Source: Candidatus Omnitrophota bacterium (GTDB lineage: Bacteria; Omnitrophota; Gorgyraeia; Aquiviventales; Aquiviventaceae). From it: a DNA stretch of 11,366 nucleotides. Below are positions 1 to 6,997 of the stretch, piece after piece. The notes under the pieces were generated by a model. It saw nothing but the letters and a program-made list of their open reading frames with translations, did no database searches and had not been told where the DNA came from. Within the stretch, counting starts at the first letter, position 1, and the number at the start of each line of letters is the position of its first letter. The translations under genes were made by a program, and so were the position numbers. The DNA lies in NCBI GenBank assembly GCA_016192545.1, contig JACPTX010000051.1, positions 1 through 11,366 on the forward strand, read 5' to 3'.

Positions 1-151
1 CGCACGACAACCCCCGCTGGGCGTGGATGTCGTTGGCGAACAGGGCGGCCGGGCCGCGCGCCTCGCCCTCCATCTGGCGGTGGCACTCGACGCAGCTGTT
101 CGATGGCGGCTCAGCCCTCGCCAGGCCGGGCGCCAGCGCCAGGCTGGCCAT
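1..151 (-). CDS. c-type cytochrome, 5' part only. Starts at ATG 151 and runs off the left window edge. Begins with a signal-peptide-like N-terminus, then CVECH, then a ...[12 protein letters not shown] segment (paired-CXXCH style). Likely the cytochrome c partner of the Rieske/cytochrome b complex.
   Basis: Minus-strand translation from ATG(151) reads [50 protein letters not shown] with no stop before position 1. It lies 14 nt downstream of the cytochrome b stop. The ORF track does not list it because its stop lies outside the window. Confidence 0.55.
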   Translation of the reverse strand, partial: MASLALAPGLARAEPPSNSCVECHRQMEGEARGPAALFANDIHAQRGLSC

Positions 152-165
152 GAGACTGAGGCGTG

Positions 166-1186
166 TTAATGCGCGTGCGGTGTCACCCATGCGGCGTACC
201 CTGTCATCCCGAGGATATACGAGACTGCGGCGATCCCGGCCGCCCACACCACCCACGAGGCCCTGCCCTTCCGGGCGGGCCGGTCCAGCCACGGCACCAG
301 CACGAGCACGGCACCGGCCGCCCCTGTGAGCCCCACCGCGATCAACTCGCCCTCGATGCCGAACACATGACCCGGAAACAGCTTCAGCGTCTGGAACATC
401 CAGAGGAAGTACCACTCGGGCTGGATCCCGACCGGCGTCGGCGCGAAGGGATCCGCCTTCGTGCCACGCGACCACGTCGCGCAGCAGGAAGTTGGGGAAA
501 AAAGGCCTGGACCGGTCGTCCGTCACCGAGAGGGGCTTGCTCATCCCCTGGAGCTGAATCATCACGAGATGGACCGCCAGGAGGGCGAGGAGCCCGGCCG
601 GCAGCACCGCGATATGGAACCAGAAAAATCTCGTGAGCGTGACGTCCCCGACGTCGCTGCCGCCGCGAAGAATCATCTGCATGACCGGCCCCACGACGGG
701 CACGACCCCGGCGATCTCCGTGCCCACCTTCGTCGCAAAGAACGCCAGGGTGTTCCACGGCAGGAGATAGCCGGTGAAGCCGAATCCCAGCAAGAGGAAG
801 AAGAGGAGCACCCCGGTGACCCAGGTGAGCTCGCGCGGCGGGCGGTACGCCTTTAGGAAAAACGTGCTGGCCAGGTGCACCATGGCGCAGAGGATCACGA
901 GGTTCGCCGCCCACGCGTGGACGCTCCGGATGAGCCATCCGAACTCGACCTTCGTCATGATGAAGCGGATGGACTCGAACGCCTCCTGCGCGGAGGGACG
1001 GTAATACAACAGGAGCAGGAGACCGCTGGCGAGCTGAATGCCGATGAGCACGAGGGTCATCCCGCCCCAGTAGTACCAGACGCTGTGGCGGTGGAGGGGG
1101 ACGGTCTTGTGGGTGGCCAGCTCAGCCAACCCGCCGAACTGGTAGCGCTCGCGGAGGAAGGCGCGCAGCCGTTCGATGAGGGCCAT
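166..1186 (-). pseudogene. petB/qcrB-like: Cytochrome b of a bc/b6f-type complex, b6-like with a fused subunit-IV-like C-terminus. The reading frame is interrupted around 455-466 and a roughly 20-aa segment (helix E) appears to be missing. This is either a genuine pseudogene or an assembly/sequencing error.
   Basis: From ATG 1186 the frame reads MALIERL...[24 protein letters not shown] (two His 14 residues apart, helix B)...[15 protein letters not shown]...GYLLPWN...[47 protein letters not shown] (two His 15 residues apart, helix D)...[15 protein letters not shown]. This is a strong cytochrome b6 signature. The protein then continues only in the +1 frame (ORF 166..399 and its upstream extension): [30 protein letters not shown] plus two more hydrophobic helices, i.e. 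the subunit IV / cytochrome b C-terminus with a PEWY motif. Between DVVAW and ADPF there are only about 4 codons, where homologues have a roughly 25-30 aa transmembrane helix. Confidence 0.7.
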
Positions 1187-1191
1187 CGGCC

Positions 1192-1659
1192 TCAGGCGGG
1201 TTTGGAGACGATGATCTCCTCACCCCGCACGTTCACCTGGAAGGCCTCCAGGGGCCGCGGGGGCGGACCGGAGATGACCTGGCCGTTGAGGTCGAACTTG
1301 CCGTTGTGGCACGCGCACCAGATGACGCTGACCTGAGGGTCGTACTGGACGGTGCAGTTGAGGTGGGTGCACACGGCAGAAAACGCTTTGAGCTCGCCTT
1401 GGGGCGTATGGATGAGAATCCCGGGACGGTTGCCGAATCGAAAGACCTTTGCGCTGTTTGTCGCCACTTCCCCGATCTGAGCGGCCACGACGTTTGACAC
1501 TGACGATTCCGCGCCGCGAGGGGGGTAGAGATACCGCACGATGGGATAGAGCGCGGCGCCGAGGAACGCGAGGACGCCTCCCTTGAGCAGGAACCGCAAG
1601 AAGGCTCGCCGGCTAATCGGCTGCGCTGGACACATCAGACGCGTTGCGCCACGCTGCAT
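1192..1659 (-). CDS. petC/qcrA-like: Rieske [2Fe-2S] iron-sulfur subunit of the cytochrome bc complex, Tat-dependent. Alternative starts are GTG 1689 and ATG 1635.
   Basis: Rieske box I CTHLNC and box II CACHNG. There is a twin-arginine motif SRRAFLRF followed by a hydrophobic anchor. GAGGG lies 8 nt upstream of ATG 1659. The stop is 5 nt before the cytochrome b ATG. Confidence 0.9.
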   Translation of the reverse strand: MQRGATRLMCPAQPISRRAFLRFLLKGGVLAFLGAALYPIVRYLYPPRGAESSVSNVVAAQIGEVATNSAKVFRFGNRPGILIHTPQGELKAFSAVCTHLNCTVQYDPQVSVIWCACHNGKFDLNGQVISGPPPRPLEAFQVNVRGEEIIVSKPA

Positions 1660-1716
1660 CCGGCCTGCCCTCGAGCGCCCGGTGGACACTCATCGTCGAC
1701 CATCATACCATAATGA

Positions 1717-2244
1717 TTACCAGAGCTTGGCGGCTTCTTCCTCAAGACCGGCATAGAGCTCCTGGTAGCGGTCCGGGTATTGCTGTTGAAACTCTTCAAG
1801 CAGGCGCTCCCGGAACGCCTCGAACTCCTCCCGCCGGTCAAGCTTGCGCACCTGGGAGTCGTGGACGAGGAACTCCCAGAGCTGCCTGGCCTCCGAGCCG
1901 TTGATCTGGCTGCCGGGTTTGTGCCACATCACCCTGACGTAGTGCTCCCAGAACGCGGGACTGGCCCATTGGGAATTGACGGCTCGAGCCAGGGTATGGC
2001 ACCGGGAGCACCTCCGCGCGAACAGGGCATACGAGCGCTGCATCTGCGGCGGATAGCCGGACACGTCAATCTCATCCGGACCTAGGTCGTTGGCGTACGG
2101 CCGCTTCGCGGCTTCCTGGATCTGCTCCTGCGTCCGCTGTTCGTCCGGCGACGGCTCTTGGGCGCCGAGGGGCGGCACCCCCCACGCCGTCAGCGCGATC
2201 AGCAGGGGCGCCGCCAGCCACCGGCGCATGCCTCGCCGCGGCAT
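1717..2244 (-). CDS. Monohaem c-type cytochrome, secreted, with an acidic coiled C-terminus. It occupies the ActE-like position at the end of the ACIII/Qrc-like module.
   Basis: Single CSRCH motif. N-terminus MPRRGMRRWLAAPLLIALTAWG resembles a signal peptide. ATG 2244 overlaps the upstream stop (TAATG). The ORF track start at 2256 is a GTG. Confidence 0.75.
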   Translation of the reverse strand: MPRRGMRRWLAAPLLIALTAWGVPPLGAQEPSPDEQRTQEQIQEAAKRPYANDLGPDEIDVSGYPPQMQRSYALFARRCSRCHTLARAVNSQWASPAFWEHYVRVMWHKPGSQINGSEARQLWEFLVHDSQVRKLDRREEFEAFRERLLEEFQQQYPDRYQELYAGLEEEAAKLW

Positions 2245-3608
2245 TAGCGAGACCACTCCCAGGCCGTCTTCGTTGCAGGCGCCGGCGGCGCCTCGCCCTC
2301 AGGCAGATAGGTTGTGAGCCGCTCCACGGTGTCCTGGATTCCCCGCTGCCGGCCCTCCTCCACCTCCCAGACCGAAATGATCGGAAACACCTTGGCGAAG
2401 AGCGTGTACAGCAGGAGGAACGCCGCAAAGGCCCCCGCGGTGATCGCTCCCTCCACCCACGTCGGCGTATAGCCGCTGGTGGGAACGGGCAGCCGCGGGT
2501 TGATGAGCGAAGGCACGACGATGATGAACCGCTCCAGCCACATGCCGACGAGGATGGTGCTCGAGGCCACCACCATGCCCGGAATCGTGCGGGTGGCGGG
2601 CAGGCTCAGGATGACGAGGGGAATGGCGAAACAACAGGCCGCCATGGTCCAGAAGTAGGGCGCGTAGGGCCCGGAGAGCTTGGCCCAGAAAATCGTCATC
2701 TCATCCGGCTCATGTCCGTAGAATGTGGTGAGGTACTCCGCAAAGGTGAAGTAGGTCCACAGGCACGTCATCACCAGCAGGAGGAGGCCGAGGTTCTTGA
2801 AGTGGACCGGCTTGAGGTACGCCTCCAGCCGGTAGGTCTTGCGCAGCACCGCCATCGCGAGGATCAGGGCGGCGATCCCGGAGTAGATCGCGCCCACGAC
2901 AAAATACGGGCCGAAAATGGTGCTATGCCACATCGGCTGAACGGTCATGGCGAAGACCCAGGAGACGACCGTGTGGACCGAGACGGCGATGGGGATGACG
3001 ACGACCGCCAGCACGGCGATCGCCAGCTCCAGCCGGTGCCGCTCGTTCGGCGTGCCCCGCCAGCCCAGCGCCAGGGCACCGTAGAACCATCGCCGCCGCG
3101 GCAGCCGGTCTCTGAGGAGCGCGATGTCCGGAATGAGCGGCAGGTAGAGATAGCAGATGCTGGCTGTCACATAGGTGGTGATGCTCGTGACGTCCCACAG
3201 CAGGGGGGAGCGGAAATTGGGATGCAGGAAGACGTTGAGCGCCCGGTCCGGGCGCCCGAGATCCATGATGATGTTGCCCGCCCCGATAAACAGGACCAGG
3301 ACGGTGATCGTCTCCGCCATGCGCGTGATCGGCCTCCGCCATTCGGCCTGGCAGAGGCGCAGGATCGCCGAGATCAGCGTCCCGGCATGGCTGATGCCGA
3401 TGAAGAATACGAAGTTGGTGATGTAGATGCCCCAGAACACCGGGCGGTTCAGGCCGGTCACGACGAGGCCGTCGCGAAGCTGGTGCACCCAGGCATAGGC
3501 CGCGAAGCCGATGACGGCCAGCAGGAATCCGACGAGCAGGAAAAATGGCCTCGAAAACCGGGTCATCGAGGCGATCAGGTCGGCTTCGAGGTCCCGCGGC
3601 TGCGCCAT
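2244..3608 (-). CDS. NrfD/PsrC-family integral membrane quinone-interacting subunit. About 10 hydrophobic segments, ActC/QrcD/DsrP-like in size.
   Basis: 454 aa and highly hydrophobic, with a WGIYITNFVFFIGISHAG-type NrfD-family motif. It starts 2 nt after the FeS-subunit stop. Confidence 0.85.
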   Translation of the reverse strand: MAQPRDLEADLIASMTRFSRPFFLLVGFLLAVIGFAAYAWVHQLRDGLVVTGLNRPVFWGIYITNFVFFIGISHAGTLISAILRLCQAEWRRPITRMAETITVLVLFIGAGNIIMDLGRPDRALNVFLHPNFRSPLLWDVTSITTYVTASICYLYLPLIPDIALLRDRLPRRRWFYGALALGWRGTPNERHRLELAIAVLAVVVIPIAVSVHTVVSWVFAMTVQPMWHSTIFGPYFVVGAIYSGIAALILAMAVLRKTYRLEAYLKPVHFKNLGLLLLVMTCLWTYFTFAEYLTTFYGHEPDEMTIFWAKLSGPYAPYFWTMAACCFAIPLVILSLPATRTIPGMVVASSTILVGMWLERFIIVVPSLINPRLPVPTSGYTPTWVEGAITAGAFAAFLLLYTLFAKVFPIISVWEVEEGRQRGIQDTVERLTTYLPEGEAPPAPATKTAWEWSR

Positions 3609-3610
3609 CG

Positions 3611-4429
3611 TCAGGCCTCAGCGAGGTAGGTCACTTTGGGTCGCGTCCCCAACTCTTCCTGCAACAGCGAGCGGCGGGGGCTCCGCCCCAGCTGCGACGC
3701 CGCGCTGTTCGGCTCGTCGAGATCGCCGAAGGCAATGGCTCGGGCGGGGCAGACCTGCATGCACGCCGGCACATAGTCCCCCTCGCGCAGGGTCCGTCCG
3801 TCGCTGGCGGCCTGCTCCTTCGCCCGGATGAGCCGGTGGTGGCAAAAGGTGCATTTCTCGGTGACGCCCTTGGGGCGCACCGACACATCGGGGTTGTGCA
3901 TGGCCTCCATCGGCGCGGGCCAGGTGGGCGTCGACCAGTTGAAGAACTTGCAGGTGTAGGGACAGGCGTTGACGCAGTAGCGGCAGCCGATGCACCGGGG
4001 ATAGATTTGGGCGACCAACCCTTCCGGATTTTTGTACGTGGCAAAGACCGGGCAGACCGGGGTGCAGGGCGGCCGATCGCAGTGCTGGCACGGGACGGGC
4101 ATGAGGCGCTGGCGCACCGCCGGGTATTCCCCCTCTGTTGAGGGGAGCAGCGTCATCCACTCGATGATGCGCCCGGCCCGATGCGCCTCGGGACTCGGCA
4201 GCGGCTGGTTGTTCTCCGCCCAGCAGGCGACCACGCAGGCCTGGCAGCCCGTGCACCGATCCAGGTCGATCACCATCCCCCACCGGTGCGGGCGAGCCGC
4301 GACGGCTTGCCCAGGCGCCTGACGGACCGACGCCTCGGCCTTCGACAGACGTCGAAAGAGCGCGAGCGACGCCGCGGCCGCCAGGGCCCGGGCGAGGAAC
4401 GAGCGTCGAGAATAGGCTAGGCCTTCCAT
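3611..4429 (-). CDS. Four-cluster [4Fe-4S] ferredoxin-type electron-transfer subunit (PsrB/NrfC/ActB2/QrcC-like) with its own Tat signal.
   Basis: RRSFLARALAAAASLALF Tat motif. Four Cys clusters: CTGCQACVVAC; CQHCDRPPCTPVCP; CIGCRYCVNACP; CTFCHH...CMQVCP. Its ATG overlaps the upstream gene by 13 nt (ATGGAAGGCCTAG). Confidence 0.9.
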   Translation of the reverse strand: MEGLAYSRRSFLARALAAAASLALFRRLSKAEASVRQAPGQAVAARPHRWGMVIDLDRCTGCQACVVACWAENNQPLPSPEAHRAGRIIEWMTLLPSTEGEYPAVRQRLMPVPCQHCDRPPCTPVCPVFATYKNPEGLVAQIYPRCIGCRYCVNACPYTCKFFNWSTPTWPAPMEAMHNPDVSVRPKGVTEKCTFCHHRLIRAKEQAASDGRTLREGDYVPACMQVCPARAIAFGDLDEPNSAASQLGRSPRRSLLQEELGTRPKVTYLAEA

Positions 4430-6687
4430 ACCTTCACCAGCGTCCCTTGCCAGAACGGCTGCCCGGTTTGCTCATCCAGCCGGCGGCCAACCAGATGAGC
4501 CGGATTGGCGCCGATGTCCTTGGCCCAGCGGCCGCACGCCAGATGGCCAAGCCCAAGGGGCATGGCGACCACGCCTGGCACCACGCCTTCACACCAGCGG
4601 GCCGTGGCCTCCACCTTCCCATGAAGCGATGCGATCCAGATCCGCTCGCCATCGCGGATGCCGAACTGCCGGGCCGTGCTCGGGTGGAGTTCCGCCCACG
4701 TCTCCCACGCCTCGGAGAGGTGGCGGCCGGCGATCTGCTGCAGGAACGGCAGATGCGCGCCGGTCCCCGCAAGGAAGGCCAGGGGCGAGTAGAGATAGAG
4801 CTGTAGGGGAGCGTGCTGCGCCTCGCCACCACCGGCCTCCGCCGAAGCCGTTTCGAGGAGGGTCGTCATGGCGTCCGGGAACAACTCCAGCCGTCCGGAC
4901 GGCGTGCGAAACTCAGCCCACGGGGCGTCTTCCGCGGGCCAGACCGCTCCCCCGCCCAACCGTAGACGCTCCAGCAGCCCCTCGCCGCTCGTTGGAGGCT
5001 TGTCCGCCTCTCGCATCGTCTCGCTCGACCACCTGATCGGCGGAAGCGGCGTCCCGGACTTCGTCTCGTAGAGCGCCTGCGCCCGCTCCTTGACGAGCGG
5101 CTCCACCGAATCCCAGGGGAACGCGCCCGCCACGGGCGGGCCGAGCGCGCGGGCCAGCTGGAGGATCACCTCCTCCAACGCCCGGGCTGCTCCGCGCGGC
5201 GGCACCACCGGAGGGGTGATGTTCACCGCCGCGCGGCCGTCGCTGGTGCAGACGGACGCGAACTGCCACTGCTCCAGCGCGGTCGCCAGCGGCAGCACGA
5301 GGTCCGCGTGGAGCGCCGTCTCATCAAGCATCGACGCGAAGCTCACGATGAACGGCATCCGGCCCAAGGCCTCGACCCACCGCGAGGGCGATGGGCTGAT
5401 GAAGCAGGGGTTGGCCTGGTGGACGCAGAGGATCTCGATGGGCGCCTCGGTCCCATCGAGAAGGTGTTCGGGCAGCCGTTCGGCGTGCGCCAGCCGCTGG
5501 GCCTGCAGGCCCCGCTCGGCGACGTCATCGCGCGCCGGCTCGGGAGGCAGCGAGAGCCCCGGCGGCTCCCAGCGCCGCAGGACGCCGCCGCGCGCATCGA
5601 GGTTCCCCACCAATCCGTTCAGGCTCATGACGGCCCATTGGGTCATCAGATCCGCCCGCGCTCCCACGGCGAGGCCCCGTCTCAGGCCGAACTCCTTCGC
5701 CAGGCGCTGGATGGTTTCCGGAGGAACGCCCGTCCGCTCCGCCACCGCCTCCGGATCGGCGCGGGAGGCGACGAAGCGCGCGAAGGGCTCCAATCCGACG
5801 CTGTTCTGCGCCAGCTGATCATGGATGAGCCGCTCGCGGATCAGCACGTGCGCGATCCCCAGGGCGAGCCACCCGTCCTGCCCAGGCCGAATGGGGATCC
5901 ACTCGTCACTCTTCGCCGCCGTCATGGAGAGCCGCGGTTCCACCTGGACGATGCGCGCCCGCCGATCGCTGCGGCCCTGGCGAAGCCACCCGTATGCGCG
6001 CGAGGCTTCCACCGGCGAGGGATAGGCCTGAAGCCAGTCAAGGCCGAAGGAGAGGAGCAGGTTGGCCTGCGCGAGATCGTAGAGCGGCTCGCCCTCCCGA
6101 TCCACCATCAGTCGAAATGCCTCGGCTGGCAGCTCTCCGGCCGGCGGGCTCAAGACAAGATCGTGCGGGGATCCCCACGCGCGCAGGAAACGCTGGATGA
6201 GCTGCCGGCCGAGACTCCGGGAGGGACCGCTCAGCCAAGCCAAGCGCTGCGGCTCGCCGCGCTGGCGAAGCCCGCGAAGGCGGTCCACGAGCAACGGCAT
6301 CGCCTCCTCCCACGCCACCGGCTCGAAGCGGCCCTCACCCCGCTCGCCCACCCGCCGCAGCGGCTGGAGGAGGCGATCCGGATGGTAGAGCTCGGTGAGG
6401 CCTGCGGCACCTCGCGGACAGAGGGCGCCCTGATTGACCGGATGGGCGGGAAGCCCCTCCAGCTTCACGACTCGGCCTTGCACCACGCGCGCCGCGACGC
6501 CGCAGCCGGCCGGACACAGTTGACAGACGGAAGGCGCCCACTGCTCCGGCGCCCTCGGCAACAGCTCTTCGTCCGCGGCGGGAGGCGGCAAGCCCAGCAG
6601 CCGATACTTGATGAGATCCTCCACGGCCCCTGCGGTGGTCGCGATGAGGCCGGTCAGTCCAAGAAAGGCGCGCCGGGTCAGTTCCAT
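4417..6687 (-). CDS. Molybdopterin-oxidoreductase-family large subunit (PsrA/PhsA-size, ActB1/QrcB-like). Tat-exported, with an N-terminal FS0 [4Fe-4S] motif.
   Basis: MELTRRAFLGL Tat signal. C-x2-C-x3-C-x27-C-PRG (CQLCPAGC...CPRG). VAWEEAM and C-terminal GIRDGERIWIAS...GVVAMPLG motifs are typical of the family. GGAG lies 10 nt upstream of the ATG. There is no Cys between residue 91 and about 420, so the usual Cys Mo ligand is absent. Confidence 0.85.
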   Translation of the reverse strand: MELTRRAFLGLTGLIATTAGAVEDLIKYRLLGLPPPAADEELLPRAPEQWAPSVCQLCPAGCGVAARVVQGRVVKLEGLPAHPVNQGALCPRGAAGLTELYHPDRLLQPLRRVGERGEGRFEPVAWEEAMPLLVDRLRGLRQRGEPQRLAWLSGPSRSLGRQLIQRFLRAWGSPHDLVLSPPAGELPAEAFRLMVDREGEPLYDLAQANLLLSFGLDWLQAYPSPVEASRAYGWLRQGRSDRRARIVQVEPRLSMTAAKSDEWIPIRPGQDGWLALGIAHVLIRERLIHDQLAQNSVGLEPFARFVASRADPEAVAERTGVPPETIQRLAKEFGLRRGLAVGARADLMTQWAVMSLNGLVGNLDARGGVLRRWEPPGLSLPPEPARDDVAERGLQAQRLAHAERLPEHLLDGTEAPIEILCVHQANPCFISPSPSRWVEALGRMPFIVSFASMLDETALHADLVLPLATALEQWQFASVCTSDGRAAVNITPPVVPPRGAARALEEVILQLARALGPPVAGAFPWDSVEPLVKERAQALYETKSGTPLPPIRWSSETMREADKPPTSGEGLLERLRLGGGAVWPAEDAPWAEFRTPSGRLELFPDAMTTLLETASAEAGGGEAQHAPLQLYLYSPLAFLAGTGAHLPFLQQIAGRHLSEAWETWAELHPSTARQFGIRDGERIWIASLHGKVEATARWCEGVVPGVVAMPLGLGHLACGRWAKDIGANPAHLVGRRLDEQTGQPFWQGTLVKVWKA

Positions 6688-6920
6688 CGACGTGGTGGCT
6701 CCGGGGCGCCGCCGGCCTGCTGGGCCAGGAAGCGGTCAATGGCCTGGATGACCAGCCGGCTCTTTGGCAGCGATTCACCCCGCTCCCACCGGTTCAGGCT
6801 GGAGTACGCGACCCCCAATTGATGGGCGCAATACTCCTGCGACCACCCCCTGGCTCGACGGAGGGCCGTCACCTGTTTAATGGCGCGTTTCAGCCGCGTC
6901 GTCTGCGTATCCATCTGCAT
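6678..6920 (-). CDS. XRE-family helix-turn-helix transcriptional regulator (80 aa).
   Basis: GWSQEYCAHQLGVAYSSLNRWERGESLPKSRLVIQAIDRFL is a classic HTH_3 pattern. Its stop overlaps the ATG of the downstream Mo-family subunit (ATGGAACTGA). Confidence 0.7.
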   Translation of the reverse strand: MQMDTQTTRLKRAIKQVTALRRARGWSQEYCAHQLGVAYSSLNRWERGESLPKSRLVIQAIDRFLAQQAGGAPEPPRRWN

Positions 6921-6997
6921 AGCATAAGATACAACACATGGGCATCAGAAAAACATGACATACGTCATACAGGATGGCGGCGCGCCCGCGCACGCGG
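6921..6997 (-). promoter_or_regulatory. AT-rich intergenic region carrying the inverted repeat ATGAC-N4-GTCAT. Candidate promoter/operator for the XRE-led operon.
   Basis: This is the only AT-rich stretch in the window. It sits between the pentahaem cytochrome stop and the XRE start. 6955..6968 reads atgacatacgtcat, and ACATG occurs twice as a direct repeat. Confidence 0.3.

Noticed and set aside
495-510. T6/A6 homopolymer (ggggaaaaaagg) considered as the site of the cytochrome b frameshift
   Set aside because: The cytochrome b frame is the same on both sides of the run (…[22 protein letters not shown] is continuous across it). The shift occurs further on, at about 457-463, so the homopolymer is not the lesion.
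27-636. Plus-strand ORFs 27..329 and 163..636
   Set aside because: They are antisense to the cytochrome b C-terminus and the downstream cytochrome c start. Pro/Arg/Ala-rich with no features.
384-938. 184-aa minus-strand ORF (frame 2) overlapping cytochrome b
   Set aside because: It is an alternate frame of the real cytochrome b coding region. The translation is Arg/Gly/Pro-rich and non-hydrophobic, whereas the other two frames give the b6 and subunit-IV sequences.
1690-1716. Short AT-rich spacer catcataccataatgattacc between the cytochrome c and Rieske genes, considered as a terminator or promoter
   Set aside because: It is too short and has no convincing hairpin or -35/-10 spacing. It is more likely an intercistronic spacer; the Rieske gene has its own GAGGG RBS further downstream.
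2712-3629. 305-aa plus-strand ORF
   Set aside because: Antisense to the NrfD-like membrane protein gene. Its composition is dominated by Arg/Asp/Gly/Glu, which is a spurious alternate frame.
5308-6822. 504-aa plus-strand ORF
   Set aside because: Antisense to the molybdopterin-family subunit and the XRE gene. Arg/Gly/Pro-rich with no domain features, so I treat it as a shadow ORF.
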